A stretch of DNA of 64,000 nt from Yuukianura sp. NJ FZ-2021 (lineage: Eukaryota), in contig CM102290.1 of NCBI GenBank assembly GCA_046563655.1, positions 4,960,001 through 5,024,000 on the forward strand. The letters are read 5' to 3'. Positions 38,965-50,025 of the stretch are shown here, in pieces. The position numbers were made by a program, and so were the translations under genes. Numbering within the stretch: position 1 is the stretch's first letter; the number at the start of each line of letters is the position of its first letter. The notes under the pieces are model-generated. The model was not told where the DNA came from. It saw only the letters and a list, made by a program, of their open reading frames with translations, and did not search any database.

Positions 38965-39152
38965 CAGACGTGCCTAAAATATTTAGTTCCCATGCCTGTA
39001 ATGTTAAAAAAAATCAATATTTCGGATATTTTTGTTACTAAATAATTATTTACCCATGCCCTTAATGTTAAGTTCGTAAATATTTCGAGCTTTTTGAGTA
39101 AATATTACATTTAATATTTCGCTGGTTTTAGTAAATATTTCTGGCAGGTCTG
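38965..39152. mobile_element. 8-bp-TSD (hAT/P-like) MITE, family A copy 2
   Basis: TIR CAGACGTGCC / GGCAGGTCTG. TSD GTTATTAT / GATATTAT. Internal sequence is colinear with 34417-34661 (ATGCCTGTAATGTTAA, AATCAATATTTCGG, CGAGCTTTTT, TTTCGCTGGTTTT). Confidence 0.85.
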
Positions 39153-39557
39153 GATATTATTTGCCGCATTTTTGGCGTTTGCTAGAATTTGCCATGTACC
39201 GCATAAATATTGACCCAATATACAGACAATTCTGTAAATTGTAAAAATATACTGCTTTTCGAAATTAGAAGCGTTTGATGGGTCAATTATGTTGGTGCTT
39301 ATACTGTGACGATGTTCGATGTTATGTACGACCTAACCCACGCGTTAATTTTTGGTAAAGTATTGATGTACCATATTTACTTTCTGTGAGCCCGATTGCC
39401 TCTATGTGGCTTAAGCTATGCATTTTTTATTTTAGAAAATATTGATTGGGAAGAAAAGTTTGAAATTGGGGTTTAATTCGTTAATTATGATTGAGTAAGC
39501 TACAATTCGAAAGTACCCGCCTTATTTTCTAATACTACTTTTGATGTCATTTTCCAG

Positions 39558-39671
39558 GCAAATGTTTCCACAAATGAAGTTCCGTGTGTCTGGACTTGAC
39601 CCGAAGGCCAAATATATTTTGCTCCTGGACATTGTCGCAGCGGATGACTACAGATATAAATTTCACAACAG
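39558..39671 (+). CDS. omb: omb/Tbx2/3 coding exon 2 (T-box)
   Basis: Acceptor tttccag|G. Encodes [37 protein letters not shown]. Donor AG|GTTTGT, phase 2. Confidence 0.96.
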
Positions 39672-40882
39672 GTTTGTCCCTTATCCAAATAAACTACTTC
39701 AATCTAATTGTAAAAAGTGGTGATTAATTGGCAGTCATATCTTAAACCATTCCGTTGTTAAACCATGAGCCCCTCACCTTTGGCAGTAGTTGAGGCCTGT
39801 TTATCCAGTATGACCAGTATTGGATCATATACTAAAAAGTTACTAACCATTCATGTTCAAATACTTTTTGTAATTATTTTTTGCCCCAAGTTAATTGCTC
39901 ACCCAAACTGACTTTGATTCACGACGAATGGTGGCGACATGGATTGCATATTAATAGCACCCCGAACCTTGTAGGTGTTTATTCGTGCATTAATTTTAGA
40001 GTATTTTTTTTTAAATTATGATGCAATGGTTTAGAATGGTGTGAAGGAATGGAGGTGGAGATGGGAGCCATTAAAGATGAAGAGGCCTTTGGATTAGCCG
40101 TTGGTTGGGTACTTTTTGCACAAGGAAGCCGTGACTTAACCTGTTCATTAATTTGCACAAGAGTAAACAAGGGAAGGGAATTGAGGGAGGTACAGAATGA
40201 TCAAAAGACGTGTTGATGAATGATAGTGCGAAGAGAGTAGTTAGGACAGTGCAGACAAGTAAATGAGAAATGCAAAGCACATTTTCGCACTTGGTTTACT
40301 TACGGTTCCCACTTTACTAAAACTTAAACTTCGCTCCTTGGAGTCAAGGGTGGAGAGAGGAGCTGATGTCGTACATTAATGCGATAAGCTGTTTGCGATA
40401 CGAAAGACACTACTAAAGTCGTTTTGCTAAACGTTCAGTTCAATACACTAGAGTTCATGCCTCCAAAGTACATGCTATATCCGTTTAATTGATTCCCACG
40501 CTCATCAAGGTGTGTCTTTTAATTGCCATTTCCCATTAACACGAATTAGTCAACAATTCATTAATTATTTGACACGTCATTTTTAACAATGCATAAGCAC
40601 TAATCATCATAGGTAGTGCTCATACCCACGTTACTACTACATTGCTTACTCGCATAGAAGCATGCGAATTCTTAAGAACATTAATTAATTACTGAGCGTT
40701 GATGTGTTTTTTATGTATTTGTTTTTTTAAAAAGTGCATGATAGGTGAGGGGCTGAGGTGGAATTGTTGAATTATGATACACGGAATAATTCTTGGTGGT
40801 CTTGATTTGTTTTGCGTTGAGTCTGAAATGAATATTAATTAGTGAATTTATTAATGGTTAATTTCTGTTTTTTGTTTTGCAG

Positions 40883-41036
40883 TCGATGGATGGTAGCGGG
40901 AAAGGCGGATCCTGAGATGCCGAAACGAATGTACATTCATCCTGACTCTCCTTCTACTGGTGAACAATGGATGCAGAAAGTAGTTTCTTTTCATAAGCTA
41001 AAGCTGACGAATAATATTTCGGACAAGCATGGCTTT
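40883..41036 (+). CDS. omb: omb/Tbx2/3 coding exon 3 (T-box)
   Basis: Acceptor ttttgcag|T. Encodes [51 protein letters not shown]. Donor GTAAGT at 41037, with an alternative GTAAGG at 41043. Confidence 0.95.
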
Positions 41037-41101
41037 GTAAGTGTAAGGAACAAATATTTTTTAAAATCTTTAATTTTAAGAACTTTGAGACGAGTGTAGT
41101 A

Positions 41102-41322
41102 CAGTAAAACCTCTCATTTCGCAACACGCTCTGATTGGTCGGTTTGAACAAAAGTTTTCGCGGGTGAACGGTTCCATATTACAACATATCTAAGGTGTAG
41201 TACTGCCCAATGTGTTTTTGTTTTGTTTACAAGTAAAATCCCTCCAAAAAAAAATTAACTTTTACGGTATTCCACCGCCAGTAGAGGCGGAGCTAAAAGT
41301 TGCGCAATGAGAGGTTCCACTG
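41102..41322. mobile_element. Tc1/mariner (pogo/Tigger-like) MITE
   Basis: 24-bp imperfect TIR CAGTAAAACCTCTCATTTCGCAAC / GTTGCGCAATGAGAGGTTCCACTG, flanked by TA on both sides. Confidence 0.88.
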
Positions 41323-44013
41323 TACTTGAGTTGTCACCTTGTGTTGTTTATGGACATACCCAGGATATCTTGAGCGAGATATGTTTATGAACTGTATTAG
41401 CATACCGTTGGGTGTGAATGTTTGAAGTGTGAATGGGCAATTTTACACAAAATGATTCACTTTGTTTTAAGTTATGGTTTTTTTTTTGAGTTAAGTACTA
41501 AATGTTATGTTATTTTCAAAGAAAGCCAAATCACTGTGGCTGGTTTAGAAGTAGAGAATGGGCGGGATTTGTAGTGTGGAATATTTGGCGTGGTCGGTTG
41601 TTGTGCGGTAATGGGAAGTTATTGATAAATTTGAGTGGAGGGTGTGAAAAATGGGCGTGGCTACTTCTGTACAAACTCAGAGGAAAGAAGCCTAGAGTTT
41701 CACACCCTCCAGACCATGCTCTCATACCAACTCTGGTCAGACCGCAAGATCAGACTCACACAAATGTCATTCCATTGACTTTGAAGATCCAATTGCTCTT
41801 AAGAGAAAAGTCGGAGATTAATTCAGAGTTTAAAATGGTCAGGATAGAGTAATCCACCGAATGCTAAAGATTGACGGAAGATATAGTTTGAGGGTGATTG
41901 ATCTGAGTCAGAACAGAACTGAGTGACTGATGAGGATGACTGATGATAGTGAGTGGCAGTGACTGTCATAGTTTAAAATCGTGTGTTCCGTCTTCAACTT
42001 CTGCCACTTTAATCTCTGATAAACAGGTCAAGCGGTTTGTGTCATTTTGAACGTCATCCTCTGGAACTGGTAGTTTAAGGGAAGTAGAAAGCCATAACGC
42101 TGGATATTGTTGGTGTTATCTTCCCTTTGAGAGGCTGTATATTAGCTAATCATGCGGCTTCCTTTCTCCTCGTTTCTTTCAAGCGCCGGCTTCTGAGACA
42201 AAGCAATAGCAGGATTATGTTGATCCTCTTGATGGCTTTCCGATGAACCAATTCATCAAAACATGTTCTGACCCATTGTGCGCAGACTCCCAGACACAGT
42301 GGTGGTCATCCTTAGGTTGTGGTCTATGAGTGGACAGGACAATGTCAAAAATCCTACGTTCAACTCTGGTCCCAGTTATGTTCCTAAAGAGTCTTGGCTT
42401 TCGCTTTCATTTGTTTAAGGAGGTGTCAATACTCTCTAAGAGGATTCGAACTCTCAAGAATTGTTTAGCTGGCGGCGGATGAAGGTCTGAGTGCGACGAG
42501 AAAAATAAGACTACTTATTGTCAAGTGTGGGACAGACAAGGCATGGGCGGCATGAACATAAATGATGAAAAGGAAAACTGCTGTTTCACAAGTCAAATAA
42601 ACGCAAGATCAATCCCTGGAAAAGCTTTTACGGTTTTTTCTTGCAGATAGAATGTGAGTTTTGGTAATTTTGCTCTCCTCAATAACTTGTTGTGTTGAAG
42701 ATGCTTAAAAAACAGAGATACAAAAAAAATGGAACAAAGTGAAAAATTGGAAATGCTATAATACATTTCTATTTGAATGTGTGAAGGGAATGAAGTGGAA
42801 TGATGACTTTGTGAGAGTGTGATTTGGGATTTTTGATTGAACTTGGGAGAAGATCAAAGAGAAAATTGTTGGGTTAGATTCAAAAGGACGATTCCTGCTT
42901 ATTACGGCCTAACCTTGTTCAAAAATGAAAATTAGGAGGAAGTGAATTGGAAGAAAGTGAGGGAAAGAGTAGGTCTCGTGTTGTTAGGATGACGGATGCA
43001 CTTTGTGCCAAAGGCACACGAGTCCATAGTACACAATTATTTATCGCCGGAAGTTATTGATCTCATTCCCATTTGCAACTGCATCACAAAAAGTATTGAC
43101 TCATGTTAGAATTTCCTACGTGGTCGTCGTCACTGAACTTTGAGTTAGTTGAGATTGTAATTTTTAGACGTTTTGACGCTGCAGTTAAGTTAGACTAGGC
43201 GTTTTGAGATGTGTGAGCTGTTAAACATTGTAATCTAAAACAAAATCTGTAAGACTTTGGGCAGGGCGGAAAATGTGAATGTGGGACTTGTGATTTTGAT
43301 TTTTGTGTTGCGTTTTGCAAGTTCCACTTTTGGAATGACAGGCGTTGTTCGTGTTGCCGAGTGATAAGTTTTCCTTTCTCTCACCGCCTTCAATCAGAAA
43401 AAGACAGACAGTGACTTAAAAGTTTGGTTCTGGTCAGGGACATTCGTCTGTTCCGTTGAACCACTCTTGTTAAACATGCGAAGCCACTGGGCCCAATTAT
43501 TTACTGTTCCCATTGTCATGTCAAGTCCATTTTGCAAAGTGAAACTGACAATTGAATAGTAAGACTCGTCTCTCTGTCTGCCATGATGATGAGAATTAGG
43601 AGAAACAATGGTTTGTTTAGAAGTAAATAAAATCAAGAGCACATCACCACTAATCAGGAGGAGGTCATCATAATTCGGACAGGTAGAAGGAAATAGGTGG
43701 TGGGTTGGATGTTGAGATCATTCCGAAAGATATGAGGTACTAAGGAGTTTGAAGTGTCTTTGGTCATATCAGTGACAGATCTGTCTCAATGGTTAGCCCA
43801 AAACCGCAGAGAGTCAACAACTTTGAATGACAACTTTAAGGTTGGGGAGACAGGAGGGGTGGGGAATTGTTAGTGAAGAATTTTACAATTCAAAATGATG
43901 CGATTTTTCTCTTGCGCAGAAGGACCTTATAGTACTAGTTGTTTGATGAATTGTAGAGAGAATGGTGAACTGTAAGCAAACATGAGCAAGCATTGTTGTA
44001 TTTCTCATTACTT

Positions 44014-44297
44014 TGGGCCGGAGTCAGTTTTATTCCCAGTTACCCAGTTTCGGTCACTTTTCAAAACTTCTGCCCGAAAAGCCTGAAATGGCCGAAATGA
44101 ATACACAGTATAGGCATGCGCCATGTGCAAAACCTGGCCATGCCTCCCAAATTTTCAAATCTATTGTCACGGTAATTTTTAAATTATTGGTCATTTCGGT
44201 CGACTGCAAGAGTTTGGACCGAAATGTTTCCACGGCTATTTCGGACAGACGATCGGATTGTCCATTGACTGAAACTGGGAACATTGGTCGGAGCCTA
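44014..44297. mobile_element. Degenerate MITE-like element
   Basis: Inverted CCCAGTTTCGGTCA (44043-44056) / TGACTGAAACTGGG (44266-44279), and several CCGAAA/TTTCGG motifs. Ends in ...GCCTA. No TSD recognised. Confidence 0.5.
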
Positions 44298-47200
44298 TAA
44301 CCTGAATCATTCCTTTACTTAATTTCTTGAATCTTGAACATTGTTCATGAAGACTTTATGCTCGTAATGTTAAAGTAGCCAAAGGACATGTATACTTTTT
44401 CCCCCCTTTCTTCATCTTCTCATGTTTCCTTCCTCCTGGAATCTTCAATTTCCTTGGCATGCAATTACAACAATTACACCGCCCATGACCATTGACTCGG
44501 ATTTGAATCTTTTGTAAGACTTCTGGCAGGTTGTTGTGTGAAGAGCGTCACCTGTATTTTCTTACATTCCTTGTGCTCCACTACCCATGGACACAAAGTC
44601 TCTCTTTTTATTTCCTCGGAGCGTATAGAATGTTATGGGAGCTTGGATGAGATTAGACTAGACTCAACGTGTCCCTTCCACTTTCAGCATCATCTTCATC
44701 CGACTTTTCACATTTTGTGATACATTGTTCTGTGGACTCCGTCTCTCCCAGATCTCTCACCTAGGCCTCAATTTACTCTGTTCTGTCACCTCTGTCTGAT
44801 CTGTGGAAGCACCTCTAATCCCCCTTTCCCTTTGACCTTTGCTGCTCTTTGAAAACGATCTACTACTCCAAATAGAGACTTAAAACCTCTGTCATAAAGA
44901 GATACTCATCCTTTGAGAGAAGTTTGTTTTGTTCTGTTCCTCATCTGCTCCAAGAAGATGAATGAGAAGGCAGTGATCTGAGAGTGTCAATGGAGAGACT
45001 CAAGGGTGAGTGTCATGACACAAAGAGCAGAATCTGTTGTTGTTGGCACTTGGAAGTGGGGGTCATGATGAGACCACAGTTAAATGGACTCACACTCTTC
45101 TATCTACCCATTCCATCTGGACCGAGAGACAAAACCTGTTTTAGCACCCATGGAACCCTGCCTAACTCCGATTCCATTGTTTCGAGCCTATTTGAATTAA
45201 ACCGGTGCTATATGTTGAAGGTGCTAATGAGTGCTAAGGAGCCTGTTGTTGAATGTGCAAAGTTGAGCAGGGAATGCTGGTACCTATTCTTAAGTATTGT
45301 GGTGCGTGAGAGATGATGGGAGTGAGGGTCATGTTTGAGTGTGAGGCAAAGAAGGCGGGATGTACGTCACTTTCGGAGCCAATGAGCTGGAAGTGTGTTG
45401 GAGATCTCTCAAAGGATGCTCAGAGTTGGAGATTTACGCTGGAGTTCACACGGAGCCGGAGTTAGGGAAAAGACGCTTTCTGGAGCTTTCTCCGCTCCTC
45501 TAGTCATGCTTTCGCAGAATGTCTTGGAACATCTTCAAAGATTCCTTAAAATGGCCGAAGTTCCTGAGTATTCTCACTTGTGAATTCTTTGTGCATGGTT
45601 GTGTTCTTTGTATTTGAAAACAAGGAGAATTATCTCATGTGTTCGTGTGGCGTATGGAAGAAGAGGTTCGTGATGCTCCAGGCTCCGACAGAACCATGAG
45701 TTTGGGGGAGTGAAAGTAAATTGAGAGGCGTGAGACCTGTGGGACTGAAAAATGGAAAGTGAAATGCGTGTATTTCGGCTTAGAAGGAATGGATTCTCTA
45801 TCCAATGTATTCATCTTTGTGTAGAACATAGGCGGTAGTCAGGGCTAAAGTAAAAGTGAGGAAGAGCCTTGAAGAAAAGTCTTCGTTTTTTTTTCCTTTT
45901 TCTCCCTCTATACTATTTCAAGTTTTGGAAAGTTTCGTCTTTGGAGAAAACATTCTTTCTGCCTTCACCATTTTTTTTCACGTCCGCCTCTCCGCACTTC
46001 ACTTTCTTCTGCTCGCTACTTTTTCCAGTTTTTTTTTTCTTTTGCTCTCGCTCTCAGTTTCCTTGGATAGTGTATAGTGCTGCTTGGGTCCTTAGGACTA
46101 CCACTCCACACCGCTGGTTTGGTGCCCCCACCCAGACTGGGGGAGGGGAAGTGATAGCAATTTTGTAACTCTTCGTCTACTCGTATCCTCTCCAAGTAAA
46201 AAGTGAAAGTAGCACTAGTAAGTGCTACAGTGTGGAAAGAAGTGAAAGAGTTAGACTAAAACTCTGTCTTGTGGCAGTAGGACTCTGGAAGGATCGATCC
46301 AAGGAAATAGGCTCTCTCTATTCCTGACTTGATGCCGCACATTTTACTTGGAACTAAAAAAAGTAGTAGTTAGCTTGAGAGAAAGTGGTGGAGGTAATGC
46401 CGCAAGACACTTCCTTCGCACGAATTTTCTCTCTGACGCGCTTTGTCTTTCTCGGCCTTTGTATTTTTTGACTAGAGTTCTCAAAGTGGAAGGAAATGAG
46501 CGACAAATATTTCGCGAGAAGTGAATGAGGCCGCCGGAGGCGTTTGGGAGAAAGTTTTTGCTTGTGTGCGATGTTAGGCTTTTGTAAAGACAAAAGGTGA
46601 AAGGTAGCTGAATCTCATTTGGTTTAGTTCATGGTCGATTTGTAGTTGAAGGCGCCTGGAAATAGAATGTAAACTTCCAGTTGAGTAGCAAAACTCCCGA
46701 CGCAGAGCTGTTGTCCTTAATAAATTTGAGAAAGGGCAAATTGAAAGTGGAGAAAGCGAGAGTCAAATGCGTATAATTAGATGATCTGGAGATGACACTG
46801 AAGAACAGAAGCTTAGGCACAATCCTATCCGTGACGTGAATGGAATAGCAAGTGAAACATGATGGCGAAATAAGGCGTCTATTTTAACTTTGTTATCAGT
46901 GTTTGACAATTTGAAAATCTCACACTTCTGTGTCATTTTTCCTTTCATGAATATTTTAACTTTTAATTTCAATTTTAAATAACGTTGCTCAACTGTTTGC
47001 CAATCTTACGTTTCGTACGTGCTTACCTTTTCGCTAGCTCGTGATGATATCCCTCGTGAACTTTGCAAAAAATTTTAGGCAAAGTTTCACCAAAGAAATT
47101 TTTACCGAAGTCGAAAATTTTTTTTTGTCCGATTTGACACTGTTAAAAAAAAATAATTTAAACAAAAATTTGTGAGGGTTTGGACAAAAAAAAATTTTTT

Positions 47201-49549
47201 TATGCGAAGCCTCCCCTCTGCAAACACTTTCACCACTGCAAATTCAAAATATTTTTTGTCAAACATTTTAATACATTTTTTCAATAACCTCTTTAAATAC
47301 CTCAACCTGCCTCTGGCAGGTGTAAGTTTTCTCAGTTCTGTTGTTAAAATAAAGTTTTCTTTTAATACAAAAAATAAATTAAAATAATAATAATAATATT
47401 AATAATAAATAATTTGCTTAAACTATGTTCTTGAGATAGGAAAATGTGAGCAAAGCAAACTTATGTCTATGGCCATTGTTTTGATTTGCATAACCTCTTT
47501 GGAGAAATAGAAAAGGAAAGTTGACAAGGTTTTTCCTGTTCTTTGGAATTGAAGTTGTGTTTGGAGTTAAGGAAAGGTGTTGGAGAGGAAGATTGATTGA
47601 TTGGAATGTCATCCAAAGGACTCGCTACGTATTTGTGCGGGGAAAGAACAAAATCCATTATTTGCTTTACTTTCACTGGGCACAACAGCCACATTGCGTG
47701 CTAAGCCTCATTTTTTTTTGTTATTTCATTTATGCATAGTCTTAATTATGGGGCGGATATTCTTTGGTTTTCTATTGTGAAACTTAAATTTACGAAGGAC
47801 TTTATACTTTGTTTCCACGACTGGTGGCTGGTGCCAGTGGTGTGATATTTCTAATCTACAACAATTATATTTTCCAACTCCTTTTAAACTCTGCAACTTT
47901 CCCAGCCAAAGTGTATAACCAAATGACTCTGCACTGTGGCCCTTTTGTTTCCGTGTCCTGACAGCGTTTGTGGTGTTGAGAAAATGATTGAATGATTTCT
48001 TTGCTCCAGTACTAGCGTAAATTAGAGGGCCACCACATTTGAAGCACATTTTGGTGACCACTATGTGACCTTTTTATAAAGTCAAAAGACCTCAAATTGC
48101 GTAGCTCTGGGCACTGGACTTTGAAAAATGTTGGACTTTGGGGGAGTGCTCATTTCCAAATTGTTCCAGGCGGGCAACCGCACAGTACTTTTGGCCTAGA
48201 GGATGCTGCTGGACGATGGAAAGTTAAGTTTAATTTGTGGTAGAGCATTTTGGACCGGGAACAAAGGGAGCAGTGGAAAGGAAAATTTTGTGTGTAAAAA
48301 AAAGAAGTAAAAACGGTGTACGAATACTGATGAAAGTAAATGTTGGTTTTGAGGGATAGCCACAATGGAACAAAATAAAAAATTGTGGTGTCCGTTTGTA
48401 AATTCCCTCCACGTCAAAACTGGAGTTGGAACCCGGGAGAGAGTACGGGCGGCGGAAAGTTAAAATAAAAGAATGTAGTGGACTATTGTATGGTTTTTTG
48501 ACGCTTTACTATCAGTCATCTCGGCCTGAGAGATGGGTTCTGGACTTTTTCGATCTTTTGAACTTTCCGGCGCTTTCAACTTTTGAAATTGCTACTGAAG
48601 AAAGTAGAGTTAGACTCCGTCATCATTATGATCATGGTGAGTCGAATGACCACGTCTGTGTCCAATTCTCATTTGTCCTGTTCTTCCATTCCACTTTGTC
48701 TTGACTCCCTTCAAAAGATGAACTCCTGGAATCATCCAGTACGACATGAATTGACCTCATAAAAGTCATTGAATTCTCCAGGAAATTGTGCAGAGTCTTA
48801 GTTATAACTAACTGAAGGTATATGACATTTCTTTTTGTGAAAATAATTCAGAAGGCGTTCCTCGTATTTCTCAAATCCGTATCGACTACAATAAAACCGA
48901 TTGGACCAAATTCCAATCCCGAATCTCTTTGGTTCTGTTCATGTCACAATCAAAATTTTGCTTATAGAGAAAACGTAGGACTCAAATGCTGCCTTTAGGT
49001 CAGAGCCTGGTTCTATCTCACTACTAGCCTGAGGTCTGTTTTATTTGGATCTGAAGATTTTTTTTTGAAATCTTTAGTATGAGGAAGAGCCATAAAATTT
49101 AGTTTAATGGTTTGTCTCAGTATATATTCCCACTTGGAGGTATCCTCTTCCCCTGGAAAACGTTTTGCCTTGGGGACTTGTCCTTTCTAAAACCACCATC
49201 ACTCTCTCTTTTCTCTGGATTTTATAAGAGGATCGATTTAATTTTGTATTTACTTGGCCCCTATCCCACTTCCCTTGTCCTGAATAATGGACGAGATCAT
49301 GGGAGTGATTTGAAGTAGGGATTTTAGGAAGTAATTTCTAGCGCCTTTGGGGTTACAAGCCTTTCAAAAAGTTTAAACGTACGGTGAAAGTGAAGGGGTA
49401 AAAGTGGAGTGGAAATGCCAATCAAGGTGACGGGAGAAACGAACACGGTGAAACTGAATGCGTGTTAAAAAAAAGTTTTTTTTTAATGAAAATGTAAACT
49501 GTACACTAATCCCACGTTGTTTTGTTTTGTTGTTCCTATTTGTTTGCAG

Positions 49550-49696
49550 ACAATTCTTAATTCGATGCACAAATATCAACCGCGATTTCATCTTGTACGA
49601 GCCAATGACATTTTAAAGTTACCCTACTCAACATTTCGAACGTATGTTTTCAAAGAGACGGAATTTATAGCCGTTACTGCTTACCAAAATGAGAAG
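49550..49696 (+). CDS. omb: omb/Tbx2/3 coding exon 4 (T-box)
   Basis: Acceptor tgtttgcag|. Encodes [49 protein letters not shown]. Donor GTAAGA; 147 nt, phase 0/0. Confidence 0.97.
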
Positions 49697-49948
49697 GTAA
49701 GAAAAAAAAAGTTTTTTTTTGAAGAGTGTTCATATACCTATGGTTAAGCTGTAAATTAATCTGATGTTTAAATCATTTTGTCGAAAGAAAGACTGTTCCC
49801 ATTCCAATGAAACTTGTTTCAAAGGACGCTTTGCTTCGTCTTAGAATGGGCTTTGAGCATGAGAATTTAAAAAGTCAAGGGAGAGTTGTACTTAATTAAA
49901 GTCTCAGTTTCAGTGTGTTCTTATTTTTGTTTTTAATCTTCATTCCAG

Positions 49949-50025
49949 ATAACTCAACTGAAGATTGATAATAACCCCTTTGCCAAAGGATTTCGGGACA
50001 CAGGAGCTGGAAAGCGCGAGAAAAA
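49949..50025 (+). CDS. omb: omb/Tbx2/3 coding exon 5 (end of T-box, basic tail); absent from the ORF track
   Basis: Acceptor cattccag|. Encodes [25 protein letters not shown]. Donor AA|GTAAGT, phase 2. Confidence 0.97.

Noticed and set aside
46209..46228. Hairpin GTAGCACT-AGTA-AGTGCTAC
   Set aside because: An 8-bp stem is expected by chance in 64 kb and has no supporting context.
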